This document shows positions 52,291 through 63,010 of a stretch of DNA of 64,000 nt, in pieces. The position numbers were made by a program, and so were the translations under genes. Under the pieces are notes generated by a model. It saw only the letters and a list, made by a program, of their open reading frames with translations, was not told the origin of the DNA and did no database searches. The DNA lies in assembly GCA_965223905.1 (NCBI GenBank), contig CBDCXV010000010.1, forward strand, positions 512,001-576,000, in the 5' to 3' direction. Each line of letters starts with the position of its first letter. Positions within the stretch are counted from its first letter, which is position 1. Source of the DNA: Candidatus Latescibacterota bacterium. Lineage in GTDB: Bacteria; Latescibacterota; UBA2968; UBA8231.

Positions 52291-53499
52291 TTATCTCCCT
52301 TCCACCTCTTCGGGGCTCCTGCCCACGATCTCGCGGTACACCTCCGGGTCGGTAGCCCCTTCGGTCGCCACCACCACCACGCGGCTGTCGGAGTCCAACC
52401 CCAGCTGCTCGCGCAGGCGGGGATCGCTCGAGGCGGCGAGGAACCCGGCCCAACCCGCGCTCCCGGTGTCGCCGAGCACGACCCCGGGGTCCCCGCCCGC
52501 CCCTTCAGCGGCCTGGCGCATGGCGTCGGTCGCGGCCCGGTCCTCCACCGTCATGAAGGCGAAGGCCCCTGCCCCCAGGATCGTCCAGGCGTTGGCGCAG
52601 GCCTTGCCGACGACCAGTCCGTCCATGACCGTGCTCGCGTCGCCCCCCACTTCCGCGGCCCTTCCGGCGAGGGCGCTCTCGCGCAGGCAGGCCGAGTCCT
52701 CCGGCTCGACCGTGACCACCCGCGGATGCGCCGCCCCGTAGCGCTCCCACAGGCGCGCACAGATTGCCGAGGCGAGCTTGCCGCTGCCCCCCGGCACGAA
52801 GAGATGCGTCGGGGTTTCCGGCGGTTGCAGCTGCGAGGCGATCTCCTCCCCGACCAGGGCGTACCCCTGGATGATCCGCAGCGGCACCTCGGGATAGCGC
52901 CGCTGCCGGTCGCAGATGACGAAGTAGCCGTTCTCCTCGGCATCCTCGAACGAGCGCTGCACCGCCCGGTCGAAGGAGCCGGGGACGCGCACCACCTCGG
53001 CTCCGAAGGACGCGATCACCGCCTCCCTTCCCGGGCTCACCTTGTCGTTCATGTAGATGATGCAGCGGCAGCCGAACATGCGCGCGCCCCAAGCCAGGGC
53101 GCGGCCGTGGTTGCCCGAGGTGGCGGCGCAGACCGTGACCCCGGCGGCGGCCGCGGCGAACCTCCCGTCGAGCAGGTCCTCCGTCGCCGCGTGCCGGACG
53201 CCGGCGGCCTTCTCGATCTCGCCGCGCAGGACGGTCAGCATGGCGTAGGTCGGTCCGGTGGGCTTGAAGCTGCCGATGTCGAAACGCGGCCCCTCGTGCT
53301 TGCACCACAACCGGGCAATCCCCGCGGCCGCGGCGCGGCCGTCGAGCCGTACCAGGGGGGTCGGCTCGTACCCGGGCCACGAGCCCACCTCTTCCCTGAC
53401 CGCAGCCATCGTCTCCGAGTCGAGCAGCGCCTGCTGCTCCGGTCCGTAGGGGGCTCCCGGGCGGAAGTTCCGGTTGAGGACGAGATCGGTTCGGTACAT
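52291..53499 (-). CDS. Diaminopropionate ammonia-lyase (PLP-dependent)
   Basis: YEPTPLV, KHEGPRFDIGSFK, ATSGNHGRALAWGA, EGATDPEVY. Confidence 0.8.
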   Translation of the reverse strand: MYRTDLVLNRNFRPGAPYGPEQQALLDSETMAAVREEVGSWPGYEPTPLVRLDGRAAAAGIARLWCKHEGPRFDIGSFKPTGPTYAMLTVLRGEIEKAAGVRHAATEDLLDGRFAAAAAGVTVCAATSGNHGRALAWGARMFGCRCIIYMNDKVSPGREAVIASFGAEVVRVPGSFDRAVQRSFEDAEENGYFVICDRQRRYPEVPLRIIQGYALVGEEIASQLQPPETPTHLFVPGGSGKLASAICARLWERYGAAHPRVVTVEPEDSACLRESALAGRAAEVGGDASTVMDGLVVGKACANAWTILGAGAFAFMTVEDRAATDAMRQAAEGAGGDPGVVLGDTGSAGWAGFLAASSDPRLREQLGLDSDSRVVVVATEGATDPEVYREIVGRSPEEVEGR

Positions 53500-53589
53500 G
53501 TTCGCTCTCCGTTCACGCGAATGCGGGGGTAAGCTATCTTGGCCGGCCGGCGCCGGCAGGAGCCCATAATCGAAACAACGGAGACCGCG

Positions 53590-55221
53590 ATGACCAGACT
53601 TCCGCGCCTGATCTTCAACACCGACGGCAACTGGATGCTCTTCTACCTGCCGGACCGCAACCCCGGCGACGTCACCCACCAGCTCGAAGCCCTGGTCCCG
53701 GCCGGCGTCGACGCCCTCGCCGGACTCATCGGCATCGACGACGACGTCGTCTGGCGCGGCAGTCCGCACTCGGCCATGTGGGGAGACGACACCGAGGTCT
53801 GGGACCCCGACCCCGACGTCGACGCCGACGGCAACCCGGTGCGCAAGATGACTGCCGGCGGCTTCGAGCTCAGCCGCCTCGAGCAGCTCTACAACTGCAT
53901 GGACGCCGTCATCGCCGACGGCCGCGAGCTGATGCAGATCTACATCGACGGCTGCCGCCGGCACGGCATCGCGGCGATCGCCTCGATGCGCATGAACGAC
54001 GCCCACACCTCGGACGAGGCGCGCGAGTGGCAGGTGCGCAGCCGCCACAAGAAGTCGCGGCCCGACCTGCTGATCGGCTCCCCCACCCCGACGCGGGCAG
54101 GAGGCGCCGACCGCTGGAACTTCTGCTGGCAGTGGGACTACGAGCAGGAGGAGGTGCGCGACCGCTTCCTCGGGCTCGTCGACGAGACCCTCGAGCGCTA
54201 CGACTTCGACGGCGTCGAGCTCGACTGGATGCGCGGCCCCCCCTACTTCCGGCCCGGGCGACTGCTCGACAACCTCGACACCCTTACGCGCTTCATGCGC
54301 GAGGCCCACTCCATCGTGCGCGGCCACGGCGAAAGCAAGGGGAAGCCGATCTCCCTGATCGCTCGCGTACCTCCCTGCCTGGCCGAGGCCCGCGCCATCG
54401 GCATCGACGCCCCGGCCTGGATCCGCGAGCCGGTGGCCAACCTCTTCGTTCTCTCCTCTTCCTCCTACTGCCCGGCCGGTTTCGACATCGCCGAGGCGGT
54501 CGCCTGCGCCGGGGAAAGCGGGGTGCCGGTCTACGTCGGCTTCGACGGCGCCACCCACCTGACCTCGCCGCACGAGGGGTACGACCGCGGCGTGCCGGCG
54601 GTCCTGCGGGGAGCGGCCCTGAACGGGTACGAGCAGGGGGCCTCGGGGGTCTACGTCTTCAACTACGACTACCGGCACCACCGCGCCGCCCCCTTCGAGG
54701 AGGAGGAGTACAACGACGACCACCTCGCCCTGCTGACCGACCTGGCCGATCCGCAGCGGCTAGCGAGGCGCGACCGCAGCTATTCCGTGTCGGATTCCGC
54801 CTTGGGCGGGGCCGTCCACTACTCTCCGGGGGACTACTACCCGCAGGTGCCCCGCGACCTGAGCATGACTGCCCGTGCCACCGGCGGCCCCGGGTACGAG
54901 ATGAGCCTTTGTATAGAGGACGACATCGAGGCAGGCCTGGCTGAAGGCCGCATTCGCGGCACCGAGCTACGCCTGCGGCTGACCGATTGCGAAGCCTGCA
55001 TGGAGCGGATCTTCTGCCGTGTCAACGGCCGCGACGTCCCGCTCTACGGAGGCGGCAGGCTGGAGAACCAGTACGGTACCTGGCTGGTCGTGGAGACCCC
55101 CCCGGTCCGCAGCGGGGAGAACCTCGTCCTGGTCGGGCTCGAGGGCCTGCAGACCCCGGACCCGTGGCCGACGCTGCACCAGTGCGAGGTGATGGTCCTG
55201 GGGTGCGACAGCGCCAGGTAG
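53590..55221 (+). CDS. Putative glycosyl hydrolase (GHL10-like TIM barrel)
   Basis: LIFNTDG, SMRMNDAH, EVRDRF, YDFDGVELDWMR, GVYVFNY. Confidence 0.7.
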   Translation: MTRLPRLIFNTDGNWMLFYLPDRNPGDVTHQLEALVPAGVDALAGLIGIDDDVVWRGSPHSAMWGDDTEVWDPDPDVDADGNPVRKMTAGGFELSRLEQLYNCMDAVIADGRELMQIYIDGCRRHGIAAIASMRMNDAHTSDEAREWQVRSRHKKSRPDLLIGSPTPTRAGGADRWNFCWQWDYEQEEVRDRFLGLVDETLERYDFDGVELDWMRGPPYFRPGRLLDNLDTLTRFMREAHSIVRGHGESKGKPISLIARVPPCLAEARAIGIDAPAWIREPVANLFVLSSSSYCPAGFDIAEAVACAGESGVPVYVGFDGATHLTSPHEGYDRGVPAVLRGAALNGYEQGASGVYVFNYDYRHHRAAPFEEEEYNDDHLALLTDLADPQRLARRDRSYSVSDSALGGAVHYSPGDYYPQVPRDLSMTARATGGPGYEMSLCIEDDIEAGLAEGRIRGTELRLRLTDCEACMERIFCRVNGRDVPLYGGGRLENQYGTWLVVETPPVRSGENLVLVGLEGLQTPDPWPTLHQCEVMVLGCDSAR

Positions 55222-55458
55222 GCAGGCGGAAATCGAAAGACTATTCGGAAGTCGAGGACCCGAAACAGGCGGCTCCGGCAATTCCTGTTTGTCGTCCGCG
55301 ATGATCGTCAACAACGATATATTTTGCCAATTGTACCGACAAAGAATAACTTGAGCCTAAGCACTACCATTTGGTATAATGTAAATCCATATATATATAC
55401 CCCGAATTCCCATGTTGCTTTGCTTAAGTCAATAAAATTAATGGAAAAACCACTTGGT

Positions 55459-56628
55459 ATGAAGGTCAACCCACGACAACTCCTGGACGATGGCTTCGTC
55501 ATTTTGCAGCAGGTCATCCCTCCGGAACAGCTGGAGGAACTCCGCGCCGGTTTTGAAGTCCTGGTCGAACGCCAGAAAGCCATCTGGGCAGACGAGGCCG
55601 GGCCCGACGATCCGCCTGGCGGCAGCTGGGAGACCCACCCGCAGCCGCGGCTGGTGTTCAACAACCTCGTCGACGCAGAAACCGCCCACACGATGGAGTT
55701 CTGCTTGCACGAAAACACCCTGGGGATCAGCCGCCAGTTGATGGAAGCGCCGGAGGCGGCGATCACGTCCATGTTCTTCATGTGCAACCCCGTGCGCGAC
55801 CACGGGCCGGCGCAATACAAAAACAAACCACCCAATTTTTTCTCCTGGCACCGCGATATCGACCCCACTCGCGAGGCCCCTTTGTGCGGCTTACAGATGG
55901 ACATGCTGGAAAACGGCCCCGGCACCGTGCAGTGGAATATCCCGCTCTACGACGACGACGTGCTCTGGGTGGTGCCCGGCAGCCATTGCCGCCCCAACAC
56001 CGAGGCGGAAAACCGCCAGCTGATCGAGAATCCGCGCGAGCCCCTGCCGGGCGGCATCCCGGTGGAGTTGAAGGCAGGGGACGGGGTCGTCTATATAAAC
56101 ACTATCCTCCACTGGGGTAGCAATTACAGCCCCCGGCTGCGGCGCACCATTCATCTGGGCTACCGCTCCTTTGGCGGCTCCATTTACCCCTACTGCAACC
56201 ACAACTTCTACTGGGACCCGGGGTTCACCAAACACCTGTCCCCCGAAGCGCGGGCGGCGTTCGAACGCTTCGCCGAACTACACGCCCTTGAGGCCGAAGT
56301 GATTGTCTCCGCCTTCCGCGCCATGCTCGACAAGGATGCGCCGGCCTTCCGCGCCTTTCTCGCCAAGCTGCATCCCGGCGAGAAAGGACGGATGGTGTGC
56401 GTCGTGATGCTGTCACGGCTCAAACAGCCCGACGTCACAGGGAGGTTCTCAGCGGCAGAAGCCGCTATCCTCAGCCAGCGCTTTGCCCCGCTGGATGCCA
56501 GACTTCGGGCCGAGACGGAACAATACATTCCCGGCTTCCAGTCCGGGCCCGAGCCCATACCCTATGTCTTTGAAGAGATGCCGCAAGATTTCGAACTCGA
56601 AGACTTCATAGCCAGCTGGGATGCCTAG
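55459..56628 (+). CDS. PhyH-family dioxygenase, paralogue of 20933-22153
   Basis: DDGFVILQQV, WHRD, QWNIPLYDD, VPGSH, LKAGDGVVY..ILHWGS. Confidence 0.85.
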   Translation: MKVNPRQLLDDGFVILQQVIPPEQLEELRAGFEVLVERQKAIWADEAGPDDPPGGSWETHPQPRLVFNNLVDAETAHTMEFCLHENTLGISRQLMEAPEAAITSMFFMCNPVRDHGPAQYKNKPPNFFSWHRDIDPTREAPLCGLQMDMLENGPGTVQWNIPLYDDDVLWVVPGSHCRPNTEAENRQLIENPREPLPGGIPVELKAGDGVVYINTILHWGSNYSPRLRRTIHLGYRSFGGSIYPYCNHNFYWDPGFTKHLSPEARAAFERFAELHALEAEVIVSAFRAMLDKDAPAFRAFLAKLHPGEKGRMVCVVMLSRLKQPDVTGRFSAAEAAILSQRFAPLDARLRAETEQYIPGFQSGPEPIPYVFEEMPQDFELEDFIASWDA

Positions 56629-56846
56629 GATGCATTCCGGCATCCTGCAATGCCGCGATCCGGTGGAATCATGCGACTTTGTTTAAATTCTCAAGCCAAT
56701 CAGAATGGGTTGGTAGCTTTGTCCATCTCCCGGGTGGTCGCAATGGTCACATCAGAGTCGAACTACCGCGATCTCCCCTTTTGAGCGCCGGTTCTACCTG
56801 AAGCCAACGGGTTTCAGGGAGGGCCGGGCAACGAAAGAAAACGCAT

Positions 56847-57185
56847 ATGTCTCTTGAACAGAACGCGCAGGTTGCCCGTGAGGCCATCGAGGCGCCACTG
56901 CGCGAAGACTGGGACCGTTTGCGAGATCTCTATGCCGAGGACGCCGTTATCAGGGGCACGCCAGAACCCGTGCACGGCCCCGACGCGATCGTGGAACTCT
57001 GGCAGGGCTGCCTTTACAAGGAGGTACCCGGACTGCGAGGAGAGATCATGAACATCATTGCCCAGGGCGATATGGTGGCGGTCGAATGGCGGGTCGGTAA
57101 GGATCTGGAAAGCGTTGAAGTGCACATCTGCCAGCTTTGCGACGGGAAGATCATAGCCAATCGGATCTATGGGGGGAGACCGTAA
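56847..57185 (+). CDS. SnoaL/NTF2-like protein
   Basis: LYAEDAVI, HGPDAI, IAQGDMVAVEW, DGKI. Confidence 0.75.
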   Translation: MSLEQNAQVAREAIEAPLREDWDRLRDLYAEDAVIRGTPEPVHGPDAIVELWQGCLYKEVPGLRGEIMNIIAQGDMVAVEWRVGKDLESVEVHICQLCDGKIIANRIYGGRP

Positions 57186-57410
57186 TCGCGCAGGTTTGGA
57201 ATTGCGGACCCGCAACGAAAACATCCCCATGCTCCGAGCCCCGGGACCAGGCGGTCGTTGGATAGGGCAGAGCCCTTGGTCCGCGCCTTGCGGACCTTCA
57301 CCGATAAACCGCCTGAATCAAGGCGTTGATCTACCCGTTGGAACAGGCGCGACTGGCCGATTCCCTTGTGAATCGGTTTTCTGGTTCTGGTTTCCCGGAA
57401 GAGGTACACC

Positions 57411-57755
57411 ATGGTCCAAATAGTTAAGGCGCACCAGAGGGGCTTGCAACTACTGGACGCCCCTGGGGCAACCGTGCAGGTATCCGATCCCATCATCGGG
57501 AAGGAGAACAATTTCGCGGCCGGTTTTACCGAGTACATCGAACCCAGCAGACTGGAGTGGACCTTCACCTACGACGAAGTCTTTTTCATGCTGGAAGGCG
57601 CCCTCGAGGTCCACGCCGTCGGCCAGGACCCGGTCGCATTCGAGGTCGGCGACCTGGGTTACATCGAGAAGGGCACCCAGACCACGATCATCGTGCCGGA
57701 ACACGCCTACCTGTTGCACTTCACCCAACCGGCCTGGCGGGATCAACCCGAATAA
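57411..57755 (+). CDS. Cupin (EutQ-like)
   Basis: AAGF...WTFTYDEVFFMLEGAL...GDLGYIEKG. Confidence 0.8.
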   Translation: MVQIVKAHQRGLQLLDAPGATVQVSDPIIGKENNFAAGFTEYIEPSRLEWTFTYDEVFFMLEGALEVHAVGQDPVAFEVGDLGYIEKGTQTTIIVPEHAYLLHFTQPAWRDQPE

Positions 57756-57780
57756 CTCATAGAGGCTTTCCGCACAGCGC

Positions 57781-58847
57781 TCAGTCTTCCTTGAATTCGG
57801 GCATGACGTGTTGCGCGAACATCTTCAGTGATTTGCACACCAGCTCGTGGTCCAGGCCTCCGATCCGAGTCCAGCCCATAAAGTGCTTCGACCCTGTATT
57901 CTCCTGGATCCACTTGAGTTGATCGGTCACGTAATCGGGATCGCCGACAATGGCGTGGTTTTCCAGGATCTCCTCGAATGATATGGATGCAAATCTGCGC
58001 TTCAGGTTCTGATAGATGTCGTCCGGATCCGGCGGGGCGATCTCCGGCGGCGGGGCGATCACTTCCGCCAGCAGGGTCTGAAAATACCACATCAAACTTG
58101 CGCGAGCTTCTTCTCTGGCCTTCCCGGTCGTCGAGGATACGTAGAGGAATCGCGCCAGCGGGAGATCCAATTGCCCGTCGAGCCCGGCCTCCGCGGCCGT
58201 CTTGTGGTAGGCCTTGTAGAGCTCGAATACCTGTTCATAGGGATCTAGAAAGGAGGTGAGCACGTCGTAGCCCTTTTGAATCACCCATTCATAGGTGGAT
58301 GGGCTGACCGCTGCCACGTAGATGGGAGGATGCGGCTCCTGCACCGGCTTGGGGATGACGTTGACCTTGCGGACCTGGTGGAACTTACCCTGGTACTCAA
58401 ATGGTCCGGACCAGGCCTGCAAGATGATCTCCAGCGACTCTCTGAAGCGCTCGCGGCTTTCTTCCGGGTCGATCCCCCAGTTGTAAAACTCCTCGAACTG
58501 ATATCCCCGGCCTATACCAAAGAGCAGCCGGCCTTTCGACATGATATCGACGGTGGCAAAATCCTCGGCGACGATCACCGGGTCGTGGAAAGGCAGCACC
58601 ACCACGGCTGTGCCGATCTTGATCCGCTCGGTAATGGCCGCTGCGTAGGCCGCCACGGTGTGGATGGAGGAGGTGATGGAGTAGTAATTGGCATCTGCAA
58701 CGCGGTGATCAAAATGGTGCTCGGCAAGCCAGAGGGAATCCCAGCCGGTTTCGTCCAAGAGCCGAAATTGCGCGAAGGCCTCGTGGTAGGTTTCGACATG
58801 GTCTTTCCACGGCGGAGTCTCGAGGCAGTGGTATCAAAAATTTTCAA
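57781..58847 (-). CDS. LLM-class flavin-dependent monooxygenase (5' end frameshifted or uncertain)
   Basis: WLAEHHF, IKIGTAVVVLP, DIMSKGRL.FGIGRGY, PKPVQEPHPPI. Confidence 0.88.
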
Positions 58848-59088
58848 TACCCGATATGTTCTATGCAGAAGGTGTTTCCGTGACCCGACACTTAACCCAT
58901 TTGGCGAATCTGCTCCACTCCGTGTATACCACTAATCCTGATACCGTTGCATTCACCTCGCAGGTAACGGATGCGCTGCAGAATTTCCATGATTTCCTGA
59001 CCCGGTAACGGTCGCTTGGAAGCTTTGCCTCTTTGTGTTTCTATTTTCAAAGGGACTGAACGAATCAATACGAGTACAAACAACGGCA

Positions 59089-60096
59089 ATGAAAACACGC
59101 ATACTAGGTAAGACAGGTCTCAACGTCAGTGAACTCGGACTCGGCTCTGCTTTTATGGCAGGTCAAGGGCAGGATGGTGTGAATCGTTGTGTGGATTATG
59201 CGATTGACCACGGCGTGAACTATTTCGACACAGCCGCAAACTACGGGGACGGCAGGGATGAAACGATGCTGGGCGCCGCCTTGAAAGGAAAACGAGACAA
59301 GGTCATCCTTGCTACCAAAGTGGGATTTACAAACCGTGAGCGCTACCGCTTGGAGGGTCATCGCAGCGCCGACCAGCTCATGGAGCAATTCGAGAATTCC
59401 CTCAAGCGACTTCAGACCGATTACGTGGACATCATTCAGATTCACGAAGCGGACTACATGAAATGGTGGACTGACGATATCCCCGATAATGAAGATGCGG
59501 TGGATTGGGGTGCACTCATTGAGGATGACACAGACTACGACTTCTCTAATGCGCCGGCGGTCAAATTCCTCGCAGATGCGAAGCGTAGCGGCAAGGCCCG
59601 TTTTATCGGATTGACGGCGAAGAATGCACGCGTGTTGGCGCGAATTCTGAAAGTGATCAAGGTTGATTCTGTCATGACAGCGCATCAGTTCAACCCGGTT
59701 TTCAGGAATGCTGTTGAATTCCTGTTCCCGACTGCTCAAGACCTACAGGTAGGCGTTGTGATCGGTGCACCATTGATGAAAGGTTGGCTTGCCGTTGCCC
59801 AAAACGCATGGCGGGAGAGTCCTCCCGGTTGGATGGACGAGATTTTCAAGGCGTCCTATTTCAGGTTCCTTGATATTCATGCGGACGCTGATATTCCCAT
59901 GGCAGAACTCTGTATCCGCTGGATGCTTTCAGAGCAAAAGCAACAGTCCATCGTTGTTGGTTTCAGTAATCTCCAAGAAGTCGAATTCAATATGTCTGCT
60001 GCGCTTCGTGGGGTACTCCCGGACGACCTCAACGCTGCGATAGAGGAGGTCGGGATTGTTCATCCTCTCATCTATCAAGGGCGGACACGGATCTGA
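59089..60096 (+). CDS. Aldo/keto reductase
   Basis: LGKTGLNVSELGLG, FDTAANYG, LATK, SLKRLQTDYVDIIQIH. Confidence 0.9.
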   Translation: MKTRILGKTGLNVSELGLGSAFMAGQGQDGVNRCVDYAIDHGVNYFDTAANYGDGRDETMLGAALKGKRDKVILATKVGFTNRERYRLEGHRSADQLMEQFENSLKRLQTDYVDIIQIHEADYMKWWTDDIPDNEDAVDWGALIEDDTDYDFSNAPAVKFLADAKRSGKARFIGLTAKNARVLARILKVIKVDSVMTAHQFNPVFRNAVEFLFPTAQDLQVGVVIGAPLMKGWLAVAQNAWRESPPGWMDEIFKASYFRFLDIHADADIPMAELCIRWMLSEQKQQSIVVGFSNLQEVEFNMSAALRGVLPDDLNAAIEEVGIVHPLIYQGRTRI

Positions 60097-60354
60097 AGCC
60101 ACGAATAGAACGAGAAGATTCGCACAGTGTGGCCGGGGCGCATCGAGATCAAGAGCCAGATTGCCGACTACTTGCACTACGAGGCCCTGGTGATCGGGAC
60201 GCTCGCGGTCCCCAACAACATCACCTGCAACCCGAACTCCTTCGCCGCGTGGCCGATGCCGCGGAGCGTGGGAGAAAGGCCCTGCAGTATCCCGAGGACA
60301 TCCAGCTGCACAAGTGACCATGTGACGGTCGCTCGAACCAGTTCGAGGCATAAG

Positions 60355-60415
60355 AACTCCCCCCTCGCGGGAAGGCTGCAACGAGCCTCTTCTCACGAGG
60401 GGGGAGTTTTTTTTT
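60355..60415 (+). terminator. Long-stem intrinsic terminator
   Basis: AACTCCCCCCTCG...CGAGGGGGGAGTT hairpin followed by T9. Confidence 0.85.
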
Positions 60416-60459
60416 GGCTAATGAGGCGCAGGCCCGTAACCCTGGCTGGGTTGCTTAAA

Positions 60460-61677
60460 CTATTCGTCGGCGATGCGGAACGAGTAGAGTTCCGCATTCC
60501 TCATCCAGAAGCGCAACTTAACGCACCACGGGACCTCGTTCACCTCTGACCGGCCCTCCCAGGACACCACGTGGTCTACGCTGTCCCCGTTGAAGACATC
60601 ACATTCCCCGCGGGTGAACCCGGGCCAGACGTTGTTCCAGTTATCCATCACCTCGACGGCGACGTAGCCGTCGGTGTTGCACCTGGCGTTGATGATGAGC
60701 TTCGAGCCCTCTGAGTAGATGGGTTTGGTCTCGACGTAGCCCTCCCGCAACCCGGCCTCAAGTGCAACCCACCCGTCCACTCGGATCTTGGCCAGCCCCA
60801 GGTGCGTCCTGGCCTTGGGATGTCGGCTCGTCTCGGGAACGCCGCGCACCTGCGGATGACCGTAGTAGTCGTGGTGCATGGAGGAGCCGCCATAGTAGAT
60901 CCAATGCTCGTCTCCAACTGTCACGAAGGGGCTGGGACACTCGATCATCAGCGAGTCGTAGGTGCCGGGCTCGCCGCGGGGAATCACCGAGCGTCCGGGT
61001 GTCAGGCGCTTCCAGTTCAAGCCGTCGAGGCTGTGGACCAACTCGAAATGCAGGGTGTTGTCCACCTGGTGGAAGACCATCAGGAACCCCAGGTGGTAAT
61101 CGTCCACCCGCCAGGGCGTCAGGCCATAATGGCTCTCCTGGATATCGTCGTCCGGACCGGGCTCGGAGATTATCACCGGGGCCGACCAGTGAATGCAGTC
61201 GTCGCTGACCACCCGCGACACCTTGCGCCTGGGACTGTAGACGCCGTGGGGCTGGTCGGGGGCGTAGGGCAGGAACCAACTGTCAGTGGCGGGATTGGGA
61301 CTATCGGCGACGTGTATGGCGCGGCAGTTCATTACGTACTGCTCATCGATGGGGTCCCAGGTGAGGATTTCCACGTCGCTGCCGTATTCAGTGATGATGG
61401 GGTTGTCCTCGTAGGGAGTCCAGTTAGTTCCGTCGGCCGAGAAAGCCAGCGACAGACCATCGCTGAAGGTCGTCGCCATCGTCGTGCGCTTGGGCACATT
61501 CAGGTTGGGCCTCTCGTAGCAAAAGACGGACTTGAAGCGGCGAGCGGGGTCGGACTCGTTGGGGTCTATCAGAATCGAGGCTGAATGAATGCCCCCCTCC
61601 GGGACTCGCCAGATGATGTTTGTCTTGCGGCCATCCCTGCTTCCGTCTGCATAATCCCCCCTGTCGTTGATCGCCAA
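60460..61677 (-). pseudogene. Putative beta-propeller glycosidase of the same family as 28049-29536; 5'-truncated
   Basis: SADGTNW, SLDGLNW, WIYYGG, GLAKIRVDGWV, ELYSFR. The family N-terminus is absent. Confidence 0.6.
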
Positions 61678-61888
61678 AAAAACAATCTAGCCTCATTGGT
61701 CGTCCGTGCGGGTGCCAATGCCAAATCGCTGGCCGTATCCGCATGCCCATCCCCAATCATCAGCAATGTCAACACAACCACAGCCATTCTTTTCTTTGTC
61801 ATTTTTGTTCCTTCGAAAAAAATGCTGATTGTCCAATTTTGACCCGCCCGTCTCCGCATACTGCTTGGGGGTTTCTCCAGGCACACCG

Positions 61889-62872
61889 TTAGAATCGCAG
61901 CGAGGCGACGGCGGACAAATGCCCTCTGGGACTTGGCTTCAGACCCACAGAGAAACGGGCTTCGGGGGGATCGCGAGACCATTCGGACAGGGCTGTTGCT
62001 AAACCGATGGGTCCAAAGATAATGGCACTACTTACAAAAGAACCTATAAAGGGATTTCCGATTATGGGTTCCAATCCGTAGGCCAATCCAATACCTGCAC
62101 CAAGCCCAGTTACACTGCCTATCAGTGAGTATCTGAAGCTGTCGTGTGGATCCAACATGCTGACTCCGGCTGCTACTCCTGCAACATAACCTATAGGCAA
62201 TCCGCCGTATATGGCCGGTCCAATTGCACACCCACCAAAGTCTTCCTCCCCTCCACTACCACAGACAGATGTCCAGCCCAATAAGAAACCGACACCAAAC
62301 CCACCGGCAGCACCCCCGACGCCCCCCAGGAAGCCAACGCCCAACTTGGCAGCTACCCGATCTGCCTGCGTACTGTCTGCGTCCGCTGGTCCCGGCGCTG
62401 GTTCTGCAACGGGCGCCGCCTCGAGCTTCAAATCGATCCGGATACTGTCCTCGACTGCGAATTTTTTGGGAAACGATTCCGCTTTGCTGACAGTCCGTCC
62501 GGTCGTATTCATACCATCTCTGATCGCCAATCGCTGAAAATGCGATCCTACCAAGACCAGCGTTTGAATACGATCGACGGCAATCCGCTTCCTCCGCCCG
62601 TCTCGTCCCAAAGCCCGGGTCAACGTCTCCGAATCAACGGTTTTCGTACTCAGACTCTCCCAATCCCTCGAGACCGGATCCCGTTTCTCCTGTCCATGGA
62701 TGACCACGGTAAAGGCACCCATTTCCACGGTGCTGCTGTCGATCTCCCCGGCTTCTAAAATCACCCCTGCCTGTCGAGCCTCGGCTGTGTCACCAGCTGA
62801 ATCCGCGTACGTAAGGTCGACCATGAGGAGAAGCAAAATAACTGAGATAAGGAATCGAAAAGCTTTGCACAT
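61889..62872 (-). CDS. Secreted/membrane protein with Gly-rich transmembrane helices
   Basis: Signal peptide and glycine-zipper-like helices; ends SEWSR...FSVGL...ASLRF. Confidence 0.6.
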   Translation of the reverse strand: MCKAFRFLISVILLLLMVDLTYADSAGDTAEARQAGVILEAGEIDSSTVEMGAFTVVIHGQEKRDPVSRDWESLSTKTVDSETLTRALGRDGRRKRIAVDRIQTLVLVGSHFQRLAIRDGMNTTGRTVSKAESFPKKFAVEDSIRIDLKLEAAPVAEPAPGPADADSTQADRVAAKLGVGFLGGVGGAAGGFGVGFLLGWTSVCGSGGEEDFGGCAIGPAIYGGLPIGYVAGVAAGVSMLDPHDSFRYSLIGSVTGLGAGIGLAYGLEPIIGNPFIGSFVSSAIIFGPIGLATALSEWSRDPPEARFSVGLKPSPRGHLSAVASLRF

Positions 62873-63010
62873 CTCCATCTCCTGCGCGCCTGAACTCGCC
62901 GTCAGTCCACCTCTTCCGCTATCGGGTCGCCTGGCTCTGGTATCGCTGGTTGCGGCAACAGGCTGGCTTCGTCTTTCTGTTCTGGTCACGGATTTTCTCC
63001 TGTCCTGAAG

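Noticed and set aside
52291-54723. 810-aa ORF and other long shadow ORFs (e.g. 20885-23587, 27941-29965, 7596-9656)
   Set aside because: These are antisense or alternative-frame read-throughs typical of high-GC DNA and overlap well-supported genes.
60355-60415. Riboswitch or ncRNA
   Set aside because: A simple hairpin plus T-run downstream of a stop codon is fully explained as a terminator.
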